DNA of 64,000 nucleotides from Massalongia carnosa. Its lineage: Eukaryota. The notes beneath the pieces are model-generated. The model did not search any database. It had not been told where the DNA came from and was given only the letters and a program-made list of their open reading frames with translations. A program made the position numbers and the translations under genes. The stretch is taken from assembly GCA_965645245.1 (NCBI GenBank), contig OZ287084.1:1488001-1552000 (forward strand). The letters are read 5' to 3'. Numbering within the stretch: the first letter of the stretch is position 1; every line of letters starts with the position of its first letter. Positions 47,409 through 58,071 of this stretch are shown here, piece after piece.

Positions 47409-50400
47409 TCGCCGCTGCTGCCTCCCTACCGGCGACTACTATCAAAGAGGCATCGGCAAGTCCTAAGACATTGGAAGTCGCACCCTGCATAGAGTACGAA
47501 ATAACACATGCTAAAGAAACAGCAAAAGCACTAATTGACAGCGGAAGTGAAGTTAACCTTATTTCTAGAGCTTACGCAAATATATGCGCTCTGACAGTGT
47601 TACACTCCAGCGTCAGTTTGGAAGCTATTAATCACCAGCAAGTCATGACACATGGCATGGGTCTGTTGGTGTTCGGGGTAACTGATCAATTAGGTCTGCA
47701 ACGTTTCTTTGAGGAAACATTCCTAATAGCAGATATACCTCATAATATCGTGTTGGGCATGCCATTCCTGCAGCTAGCCAATCCCGATATTGATTGGTCA
47801 GCAAGGACCCTGAATTGGCGAGAACTAAGCGTTCAATCGGCCATGATGACTACTCATCGGATAGAGCTTATAGAGCCAGAAGTCTTCATAGAAGAGGCGT
47901 TATCAGAAGATACACCGACCTACGTGGTCCATGCTAAGGCGCTAGGTGTAGATAACATCCATTCGAGCCGTCGAGCTAGAATAGCCTCAGTGAAGGTACA
48001 AGAAATCAAGGTCCCTGAGGCTTATAAGGATTTCGCAGATGTCTTTTCGGAAGAAAGTGCAGCCGAGCTACCAGAGCACGGGCTACATGATCATGCGATC
48101 GACCTCGTGGATGGAAAGCAGCCTCCATATGGACCTATTTATAGCCTATCAGAAACAGAGCTCACAGTGCTAAGGGCCTACCTCGATGCTCACCTGGCTA
48201 ATGGGTTTATCCGGCCATCTACCTCACCAGCTGGAGCTCCTATTCTCTTCGTGCCTAAGGCAAATGGTACCCTGAGGCTCTGCGTGGATTATAGGGGTCT
48301 GAACAATCTGACAGTTAAAAATCGCTACCCGCTACCATTAGTAGGCGAGTCTTTAGATCGACTAGGACGGGCCAAACAGTATACCCAATTGGATTTGACT
48401 GCAGCCTATAATCGCATCAGAATTAAGAAAGGCGACGAATGGAAGACAGCCTTTCGCACCCGATATGGCCATTTCGAATACTGCGTCATGCCGTTCGGAT
48501 TATCCAATGCTCCGGCCTCCTTCCAAGCCTATATCAATAAAGCGTTGGCACTAAAACTGGATGTCTTCTGCATCGTTTATTTGGATGATATACTGATCTA
48601 TACCGAACAGAAGGGTAAGGCCCATGAAGATGCTGTGCGATGGGTGTTAGAACAACTCCGCAAGCATGGCTTATTTTGCAACTTACAAAAATGCCGATTC
48701 AGCACCGACGAAGTCGAATTCCTAGGCTATGTCATCAATCCTAAGGGTGTTTATATGCGAAAAGATCGCATCCAAGCAGTGCAAAATTGGCCACGGCCCA
48801 CATGCGTACGCGATGTACAGGTGTTCATAGGCTTCGCGAATTTCTATAGACGATTCATTCGTGGGTTCAGTAAAATAGCAGGGCCACTTACCGCTATGCT
48901 GAAAACAAAGCCCGCTAATCATAGACAGAAACCACCTAAGGGTGTCGAAAGCGAGTTCCTTACGGAGGAAGCTCTAGAGGCTTTTGAGAAGCTGAAAAAG
49001 TCGTTCATAGAGGCCCCGGTACTAAGGCATTACGATGCTAGTAAACCAGTACGCGTGGAAACCGATGCGTCAGGTTATGCTATTGGCGGCATATTGGCTC
49101 AGCAAGATGACGAGGGACAATGGCACCCTGTTGCCTATTACTCACGCAAGATGCTACCGGCTGAGCGTAATTACGAGACCCATGATGCTGAACTATTAGC
49201 GATAGTCGAGGCCTTCAAAATTTGGAGACATTACCTTGAGGGGTCGTCTCACGAAATTCTCGTGTTGACTGATCACAATAACCTTACGAGGTTTATGGAT
49301 ACCAAGCGCCTAAGCGGCAGGCAAGTAAGGTGGGCTCAAGAGCTTTCCAGGTATAATTTCCGCATCGATTATCGTCAGGGTAAGAGGAACCCAGCCGATG
49401 GGCTGTCAAGACCTCCTACCGCTGGCGATGATGATGGCGAAGTGCTGGTTGAAAACCGCAAAACGCTCCACCTTTTGCAGACATCCCTAGCAGATAAGAA
49501 CGCACGCGTTTGTCTAATGAGGGCAATGTCAGGGGAGTCGTTAGATGATGCTTCTGGCCCGACGGGGTCTCACCACGGTGAAATATGGAAGATCATAACA
49601 TGCGGAACATTGGTTGTTCCGAAGGTGAAGGCATACTGGAGTTCATTGCGAAACTCTCTCGCACAGCGCGAGTCACCTTATACTCAACCCGCTTCTAGGG
49701 GAGTATTAGAGCGTCTTCCTGAGTTGCAACAGGTTGACGAGGTCGCTATCACTGTTCGGAAAAGGTTAGCTACCTTGAAAGACAGTGACGTGTCGGGGAC
49801 ACAGGAGGTGGCGCCCTCCAGCGAGCCATGGTCGGACTCGGACCACTGTCTATTCCATGAAGGAAAGGCCTACATCCCAGCCTCCTTACGAGGAGAAATT
49901 CTTGAGTTAAATCATGATGATCCGCTGGCAGGGCACTTCGGGAAAGACAAGACGATTGAGCTAGTGAGTAGAAAGTACTACTGGCCATCGATGAAGTCAG
50001 ACATAGCACGCTATGTAGAGGGTTGCGACGTCTGCATGAGTAGCAAAGCTACGAGGCATAAGCCTTATGGAAACTTGCAGTCGTTGCCTATACCAACTCA
50101 TAAGTGGAAGGACATTACGATGGACTTCGTCACTGGCTTACCTAAGAGTAAGGACTGGAGGGGAGTTGATTATGACTCCATCCTAGTCGTCGTTGATAGG
50201 CTCACCAAGATGGTGCACTATGAGGCAGTGAAGAAAACGCTGACTGCTGAACAGTTAGCTGAAGTGCTAAGGCACTGCGTGTTCAAGTATCACGGCCTAC
50301 CTGACTCCATAGTCACCGATCGGGGCTCGCTATTTACATCAAACTTCTGGTCATCCCTATGCTATTACATGAAAATAAAGCGTAGGCTAAGCACAGCCTT

Positions 50401-51283
50401 CCATCCACAAACAGACGGTCAGACAGAACGTCAAAATAGTACCATGGAAGCTTACCTTAGGTCTTACTGCCGTTTCGAGCAAGATGACTGGGTGCAATGG
50501 CTCCCTACCGCTGAATTTGCATACAATAACACCCGTCATTCAAGCACCAAGCTCACCCCGTTCGAGGCTAATATAGGCTACCACCCAAGGATGAGTTATG
50601 AAGATAACCAAGACCCTCGATCGAAGTCGAAGACAGCTGAGGAACAGGCTAAAAATCTACGCGATTTGTTAGCAGAGTTGAAAAATAACCTGCAATTAGC
50701 CCAAGACAATCAAGCCAAATATCACAATAGAACGGTGAAAGAACGTTGCTACGCTCCCGATGATATGGTTTGGCTAAACAGCAAACATATTAAGACGAAA
50801 AGGAACAAGAAGCTTGAGCATAAGTTCTTGGGTCCCTTTAAGGTGTTGAGGCCTGTAGGCACTCAAGCTTACGAGCTAGAACTTCCGAAAAGTTGGAAAA
50901 TACACCCAGTCTTTCATGTGTCTCTGCTGGAAAGAGACACCACCAGAAGGGAGGTAGTAGACGAACAAATGGCTGAACAGCTTGAATTCGAAGACGATGA
51001 CATGCAAGAGTATGAAGTAGAGTGCATACGAGATAGTGCAGTCTATGCAAAAGAAGCAGAAGACGGACGACCGGCTGGATTATATTATCTAGTGCATTGG
51101 AAAGGTTATCCCGACGCGGAAGACACATGGGAGCCCGTCGCCGGCGTCAAACATCTACGAAAGCTATTGAGGGAATTTCATGAGAAAAATCCTACCAAGC
51201 CAACAGCAAAGTCCACCCCTCAGGCCACTAGGACTCCCTCATTAGCGAAAGAAACAGGACGACGCACAAAGAGGACTAAATAA
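47396..51283 (+). CDS. pol: Retrotransposon Pol (PR-RT-RH-IN-chromo), entered by -1 frameshift
   Basis: LIDSGS, YLDD, ETDAS, HHCC, QTDGQTE, GPF and chromodomain; the ORF is in the -1 frame relative to gag. Confidence 0.93.
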   Translation, partial: KKSIVAAAASLPATTIKEASASPKTLEVAPCIEYEITHAKETAKALIDSGSEVNLISRAYANICALTVLHSSVSLEAINHQQVMTHGMGLLVFGVTDQLGLQRFFEETFLIADIPHNIVLGMPFLQLANPDIDWSARTLNWRELSVQSAMMTTHRIELIEPEVFIEEALSEDTPTYVVHAKALGVDNIHSSRRARIASVKVQEIKVPEAYKDFADVFSEESAAELPEHGLHDHAIDLVDGKQPPYGPIYSLSETELTVLRAYLDAHLANGFIRPSTSPAGAPILFVPKANGTLRLCVDYRGLNNLTVKNRYPLPLVGESLDRLGRAKQYTQLDLTAAYNRIRIKKGDEWKTAFRTRYGHFEYCVMPFGLSNAPASFQAYINKALALKLDVFCIVYLDDILIYTEQKGKAHEDAVRWVLEQLRKHGLFCNLQKCRFSTDEVEFLGYVINPKGVYMRKDRIQAVQNWPRPTCVRDVQVFIGFANFYRRFIRGFSKIAGPLTAMLKTKPANHRQKPPKGVESEFLTEEALEAFEKLKKSFIEAPVLRHYDASKPVRVETDASGYAIGGILAQQDDEGQWHPVAYYSRKMLPAERNYETHDAELLAIVEAFKIWRHYLEGSSHEILVLTDHNNLTRFMDTKRLSGRQVRWAQELSRYNFRIDYRQGKRNPADGLSRPPTAGDDDGEVLVENRKTLHLLQTSLADKNARVCLMRAMSGESLDDASGPTGSHHGEIWKIITCGTLVVPKVKAYWSSLRNSLAQRESPYTQPASRGVLERLPELQQVDEVAITVRKRLATLKDSDVSGTQEVAPSSEPWSDSDHCLFHEGKAYIPASLRGEILELNHDDPLAGHFGKDKTIELVSRKYYWPSMKSDIARYVEGCDVCMSSKATRHKPYGNLQSLPIPTHKWKDITMDFVTGLPKSKDWRGVDYDSILVVVDRLTKMVHYEAVKKTLTAEQLAEVLRHCVFKYHGLPDSIVTDRGSLFTSNFWSSLCYYMKIKRRLSTAFHPQTDGQTERQNSTMEAYLRSYCRFEQDDWVQWLPTAEFAYNNTRHSSTKLTPFEANIGYHPRMSYEDNQDPRSKSKTAEEQAKNLRDLLAELKNNLQLAQDNQAKYHNRTVKERCYAPDDMVWLNSKHIKTKRNKKLEHKFLGPFKVLRPVGTQAYELELPKSWKIHPVFHVSLLERDTTRREVVDEQMAEQLEFEDDDMQEYEVECIRDSAVYAKEAEDGRPAGLYYLVHWKGYPDAEDTWEPVAGVKHLRKLLREFHEKNPTKPTAKSTPQATRTPSLAKETGRRTKRTK

Positions 51284-52482
51284 GGCCAGCACTCTTTTCC
51301 TACCACCTGCCCACGAAAAAAGGTTGGAGGTTTTTAATGAGGCTGCGCTAGGAGCTCAGCAATGTGTTGCAGTAACGTCATGCTCGATTCCATCCAGGCC
51401 AGTAGCTCTTTTCCTAGCACCTTCCCTAGAAGGGAGGTGGGAGGTTTTTAATGAGGCTGAGCCAGAGCATCAAGTTATGTTATCCTAATATCTTCCAAGC
51501 TCTTACAAATCCCAACTCTTGCTAGCCTGCATTCAAGCGGCCATCGACGTTAAAGCCATCGGCACGATTAACCGCTTGCAATTACCACGCGATGATGGGC
51601 TGAACGCACGAACTACCTGGGATGAATTTCGCAGGAGCTCATTACTAGAAGGGAGGTAATTGTAATAGCGCGGCAATACAGGACTGCGCTAGCTCCTGAG
51701 ATGACTCACCCAAGAAGACCGGGTGACTGATAATCCGGATGCTTAGTCATGATAAGGCGGATAGCAATACTAAGCCATCAGCAATCAGCCTTACCAGTTT
51801 ATTAGGCAGCAACTGAAGCTATTCAGATAAGCCTCGATCTCATGGGAGGCCTGGGACGCCTAGGAGACCTCAGCTGAAGGCAACAAGGCTATCTGCTAGA
51901 CCTCAGCTGAAGGCAACAAGGCTATCTGCTAGACCTCAGCTGAAGGCAACAAGGTTATCTGCTAGACCTCAGCTGAAGGCAGCAAGGCTATCTACTAGAC
52001 CTCAGCTGAAGGCAACAAGGCAGACAGGTAACCAGACAAGTAGTTAGTAAATAGGACCCCAAGGGGTATATAGAAAGCTCGATTCCCATCTTCAGGGAAT
52101 CAGCTTTTAGCTTTAGCACCTACCAATCTATTAGCAGTCACACTGAGCATTATAACCCATAAGGACTAGTGTCTACTGTCCCTCTTATATCAAGTAACAC
52201 ACGTTTGCACCACCTGAATTCTTACCTGACCTCGCACCGTGACACGTATCTGAATGGCTAGCGCGCTCTCCGCTTTGGTAATTTATTGCATATATTATTC
52301 TGATATGATTTGATTATTCTTACGCCGTTGTGTCATATATTATTCTAATTGTATGATATAAATCGATTTATTTATTTTTTATGCGTTATATCTAGATATT
52401 TAATATAAACTCAAATAAATCAAATTCATGTTTTATCGAATTTAAACTTCAAGTTAAGTTGATTGAAAACAGTGTGAAGTAT

Positions 52483-54484
52483 TTAATCAGAATCCACAAA
52501 GCGGCTCCTGGAGGATGTGTCAAGCTTGTGCTGTGTTAGCAGTTGACAGAATGGACTGCGCTCGCGTAGAACTACTCCGTATTTCAAGAGTGCGAACGGG
52601 ACTATCGCCGTGACCATCAGTGCCATGGCGAGGACAGTGGTCGCCCACTGGACCCCAAGAGCCTTGTACATCGGTTCAGTGGCCATTGGCAGCAGGGCGG
52701 CGGCCAGGGAGCGGGAGATCTGGCACGCGGCCAATGCGGAGGCTGCGTATGTTTCATAGGCGTCGGTGAGATAGTTGAGGAGCGAAATCCATAACAAGGC
52801 GTTTGCTAAGCCTATGAAAAACCCCGCCAGCATAGGAAAAATCTGCGTCCGCGGTTAATGGGGACAAAATCTCGAGCTAGCAAGCTAGCTATTACGCTTG
52901 AGGTGTCGAGCTCTCACCCAATGTATGGATTCTCGAGATGTCCATCCCTGAGATAATAATGTTAACGCATTGCACTTGAATGAGATGGATGGATTTCACC
53001 CACTAGCCATAACAAAGCCATCACATACAACGGTCCGGCCATACAAGCCAGCGGGAGCCGCCGATATTCCTCTACACGAGCCCATGTGGCGTTTCTTTGC
53101 TTGGCCCGTGTCAAGAAGCGATCATACGCCACGACGACAAATATATTGCAGGCAGCTCCGACGCTCACTGTTCATCGTCAACCGACACTCGAATTGTCAT
53201 ACGATTTCCATCGTCCGCCTTACTGGGTATGAATGCGAGCGAGGCCGCGGAAGAACTCAACTTGTATATTCCTGCGGCAGGAGTCAGTCGCCTATACTGC
53301 GCAATGAAGGATACACGACCACTAGCCATGGAAGATGATGGGGTAGGCCTCGAAAAAGAGATACCAGATGGCGAACACAAAGGCAAGGTAGATGCACGTA
53401 AAGAGTACGATCGGCTCGCCAAACATGCGGATCGGTCGGGTGAGAATCACGATCCAATCGTGATGGGGACCCGTCTTCTCGAACCCGAACGCCTGAGGAG
53501 CCCCGGGGTCCTTGGCCATGCCAGCCTTTGCGAAAATAACGGGTGCATAGGTCTCTGTCGCGGTTCACGTTAGCTCCTGAACCCGACAACGGCCTCCGAG
53601 TTTCGAACCGGGAATCCAGCACAAGGGACCCAGACAAATCACCGCGATGACGACCGATGCCCAAAACGTCCATCTCCAGCCATGGGGCGAGATGAAACCG
53701 GAGATGATTGGGCCCAAGACGAGCCCGAGCGTGGAGAACTGTTGGCCTGTTAGAAGTGCGTAACCCTCGGATTCTTAGTACACTCACAGTGAGAAAGGCC
53801 GAGTTTGCTCGTCCCCTGTGGACCGGATCGCTATAGAGATCAGCAAACATGGCGCCTACCACCGCATACGGCGCGGCGCTACTAGTCCCCACCAAAAACC
53901 GAGAGACTAAAAAAGACGGCCAGCCAGGAGCCAAAGCGGAGGCCGCGGAGGAGACGATATAGAGGACAAAGGATCCGAGCAAAATGGGTTTTCGGCCAAA
54001 TGTTTCGCTCAGTGGTCCGAACAAGAGTGGCCCAAAAACATAACCCACCAGAGCCACGGAAATGGGCAGCACCAGTTGCACCTCTCTATGATGCGTTATA
54101 TGGAATTCGTCGAGGATGAAAGGAGTGGCTTCAGCTGGCAAGGACGAGCTGATGGTGCTGTTCAAGATCAGGGAGATGCCAATTATTAACACGGCGATTT
54201 TGGTATGCTTCACCCGTGTCAGCCAGGAAAACATTGACGCATATGGTTAACGTCTGACTACTTACGGTTGACCAATCCACCGCCTTGGTCACTCGCTTGC
54301 TAATCGGCAAGAGTGGCTGTCGTTCGTCATCTTCATTCCCGACAGCAGGATCGTTGATTCCGGGTACGTAAGATTGTCTCCGCCCATCTTCCGACTGATA
54401 TCCTTTCGATGAGCGGGACTTGAAGGTATCGTATCGCGTGCCTAAAAGCCATCCAACGGCGTGCGATCCAGCAATCGTTGACAT
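52483..54484 (-). CDS. MFS multidrug transporter (DHA1-like), multi-exon, probably intact
   Basis: The spliced frame stays open through GPLSETFGRKP, GWRWTFW, PETYAPV, EYRRLPLAC and YLTDAYETYAASA. One intron (53326-53272) needs a GC donor. Confidence 0.82.
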
Positions 54485-56453
54485 ATGTGCGCTTTATAAT
54501 GCCCCTCTTAAGATCAACACAGAATGTAGTTGAAGGATGAGCACAAAAGAACCAGGAGTGTTAGAGAAAGTTTGTAAATCTACTCTCGACTAGCTCGCTG
54601 GTGGGATCCGGTATATCAAGTAGTCCAGGCCTGCAAAAATAAGTGTTCGCACAAGGAATCCAAGCGATGACGAAGGAAAGACAAATCCGTACGAACAGAA
54701 ACATCTGCCGTTATGCCCACAAAGAGCCTGGAGGAGAATGGAACATAGTGGCTTGCTGCCTGCTCTATGTCTTCACCGGGAGACGCATCCCTCTTCACCG
54801 TGGCTGATATTCATGCATACCTTCTTCATTGAGTCTCTCACTTCTTTCCATTTGTCGACTTTTCATCGCTTTAACGAGCCCAGCCGAAAGTATGTCCTCA
54901 AGCATATAGACCGATCTCATAGATTGGACGGGTATATTCCTCGTTCAGCAACTCCATTTTCCTATGCCAAAGAATGTTGTAAGCTCAGCTAGCCAATTAA
55001 CGCTCATTATATCGGACCGCATCCACACCCCCTCCTTCCTTCGTTAATGTCTACATGCAAGCCTTTCATACCCTGGATACCGGCACTAAGCACAGCACAT
55101 CTCGAGATACCTGGATTTATGGTGATGTTATTGATGTTGCATGGCAGTCCTCCTCATTTATCTGCCCAAGCGGGCAATACAACCCGATCCATTTCAACAG
55201 TCTTCTGTTATCGTGTTCACCATCTCACGCGTCGTGCGTATGTGAAATGTAAAACGTGTATGAAATATTTCCGTTTTAGCGAGGTCTCACAACAACATCA
55301 TCATCGGACGCTGCTTGGTAGCGAAATGCAGCTGACGCACTGAAATCCATAACTTGCATGCGTGAAGGACTTATTGTCCAACAAAAAAACGTTCCCGACT
55401 TCAACGACACCATCTATTCGGAAAGGTTCGGGTCATTCTGCGATTGGTCTGGAACCCGGGCAGACACACGAGGAAATGTCTTAGATCGATGGCTGATGAG
55501 AGGAAGAATTTCAAGGTGACTAATCATGCACACCTATCGAGTACAACCTTATCGTTCGACAAACTACGTTGACGGAGCGAGATAGTGAATAGATTTCTAC
55601 CATTGCGCCACCTGTCCTCCCGACCAAAAGGCACAATACTTAGTCCGCAGACCAAGCTCTATTCTACTATAACTGGGACTCCTGCTATGTTCACTGTAGG
55701 TCCTGCCGTCCGCACCACGCTTGGTCGAACCGTTACACTCTCGCTTTTCCGTCCCCTCCTTCGCATCTTTGCGGCCACTCCAAGACAAGAGTGCGTGAAG
55801 GTACAGATCAGCAGTCGGCGCAGGCGCATGCGTCGTGAAGAAATAATAACCTTGTATGATTTTCTTTCTCGTTCGTTTCTTCTTCGTCATCACTTCTACT
55901 CGTCGACGACAGGACGATGAGGCGAGACGGGTACAACTTTCAGTCTCATGTGAAAACGTTGAAACCTACGACAACACATTTCTTTTTAATCTACATTCGA
56001 GGACTTATTACTCGTCTTCGTTTACCGCTGCATCAGCGTCTAAATAAAGAATCAAGAGTAAATAATCGATTTTATGCGGAGTTGTTACAAATGTTGAGTA
56101 TCATAACGAAACTTGGCAACTATGTAAATTGCGTATCATAACTGAAAACGAAGGATTTCTATTCTTATCAAAATCAATGGCAATTGGATGTTGATGTTGT
56201 AATTTATTCTACATCAAATTCAGTCTAACGTCTGCGTTTAATCTTTACTGCAAAAGAAGACGAACACGAGTTATCAACGTGTTGCAAATGTTGAATTCTT
56301 GATAACTGACGATGAACAAAAAGTACATGAATCGAAAACTCAACATCTAACGTTAATTCATGGCAAAACGAGTGTCAAACTTGTCATCTCTTCTTCTCAA
56401 TCGTTGAACATGTAGTTCGTCCCTTTTGGCCGAGGGACTCATCCTCTGCTCCG

Positions 56454-57552
56454 TTAATAAAGGATGTCGGTCATCTGCTGATGGAACTCCAAGGCTGTGA
56501 TATCACTGTACCGGGCGGGCCGGTCTGGCCCCACAAATTGCGGCAGCGGGCCAACCGAGGTTTGGCGATGAGCCTTCATGAAGAAAACGGATGAATACCG
56601 TTCCGGCAACTCGCCTTCCTCCATCCCTTTCATATGTACCGGGTTGGTGACTTGATGCAAGCCGACCCGGATCACGTTGTTGGACCAGCGCTGAAACGTG
56701 TCGCTAATGTTGATCACCATTTCGTGGGGATCTTTGCGGATCACAGGAACGAACGTGCCCGGGTTCGCGCGATCTTCCAGCTCCAGCCCCCCGACCGCAT
56801 CCTGGAAGAGCAAGGTGATGATCCCGAAATCGCTGTGAGGCCAGGTCCGCTTCGTAATGCCCTTCTTTAGCGTTTCAATCGACACGGCCGGATAGTGATT
56901 CATGCGGAGCTCGCTAGCGGCCGGGGTGCATCGGTCCACTAGTGTTCCCTGAGGTAGGTCGAGCCCGACCTCGCAGGCTTCCATGACGTTGAGGCCGATC
57001 TCTTGCGCGGCGACAAAATAAGATTCCATGAACTCCTGAAACCCAGGGAGGTCGTTAGGATCAGGCCAGAGGTTGGGGAACTGAGCGTCGTCCGCAGGGC
57101 CGCAGTCAAAATGTTCCTGTCGAGCCAGTCAGTCAGGGGCAATTATTCTCGAGACCAGAATCCCACCTTCTCGTCCGTCAGGGTCACCCCTTTGGGTGCG
57201 CCCACGCTGTTGCCTTCCCAGAGCTTCGAGGTGGTCTCAGCACGCATGTGGCTCCAGCCACGTTGAGGATCCGCGCTGGGGATATGGGTGCATTTGTCTT
57301 TCTGCTCGGGTTTCAGATGGAAAAACTTGGCGCCCTGGCACGAGTCATCAGCTGTGAGATGTGAAGATGAGGAACATGCAGTCAAACCCAGGAGAAAATG
57401 CCGTCCACCATCTCGTTTGAGATGCCGTGATTGATGATCTTGACAAAACCATGTTTGATGAAGGAGTCGGTGATCTTGGTAGCCACTTCTTTCCGCATCC
57501 AATCGGGACCCTTCATGAACTTGGCAAAGTCGAGGGTGGGTAGATCGGACAT
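56454..57552 (-). CDS. 2-oxoglutarate/Fe(II) dioxygenase, IPNS-like fold (331 aa), similar in pattern to fungal amino-acid hydroxylases of the GloF/HtyE type
   Basis: Exons 57552-57388, 57334-57167 and 57116-56454; LPTLDF, HGFVKIINHGI, HSD..H facial triad and RYS motif. Confidence 0.9.
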
Positions 57553-58071
57553 GGTTTGTAATGATCAAGTAAAAGGTCCCGGGTAGCGTGAAAAGGAATT
57601 CCTACAATTCCCTGACCGGGTAAAATCTTTCTCGGCTGTCTTGATCGATGTCGTGAAGATTACGACGGAAGAGGTTGTTTATGAACACTGCCCCCTCGAC
57701 GGTTTAAGTCAACTGCATCAAGCAAACAGCTGAAATCGCAGAGGAGAGTCAAGCTTTACGCCTTGCAGCAAGAAGGACAGCTAAGGCCGACATAATCTCG
57801 TCTGCAACTCGGGTTGCTTTGCATGCAGCTTGAAAACCGACATTGCAACTCCGTCTCAAGTTTATCGACGATATCATATAGATTGCATGAGGTACTTGTG
57901 CATACACATAAGGCATCATAAACAAATCAATGATTTAGCACCAGAAAAACATGCAGTTCGAATGTCAACCTGTTGCTGGGTATTCTCGGTCTTTATGCAG
58001 CTCTTAAGACTTGTGACCGATCACACGATTAAATTACAGATCTCGATGAAATTCTTAAACGAGATTTCTTA

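Larger units (their letters stand above)
45625..52189 (+). mobile_element. Intact Ty3/Gypsy chromovirus with identical 529-bp LTRs (45625-46153 and 51661-52189)
   Basis: TSD TCAAG; PPT agaagggagg before 51661; uninterrupted gag and pol ORFs. Confidence 0.97.
45319..52244 (+). mobile_element. Solo LTR (45319-45624 plus 52195-52244) interrupted by an intact Gypsy
   Basis: tgtcatgg...ccgtgaca ends; TSD CGTAT (45314-45318 and 52245-52249). Confidence 0.88.
44815..52279 (-). mobile_element. 5'-truncated Tad1-like LINE (about 530 bp net) split by nested LTR elements
   Basis: (ATC)n tail 44815-44850; KAESALAIQIRSEKIG..CSCG..HVIMFC reads through once the inserts are removed; 14-bp TSD AATTTATTGCATAT (44801-44814 and 52280-52293). 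Confidence 0.9.
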
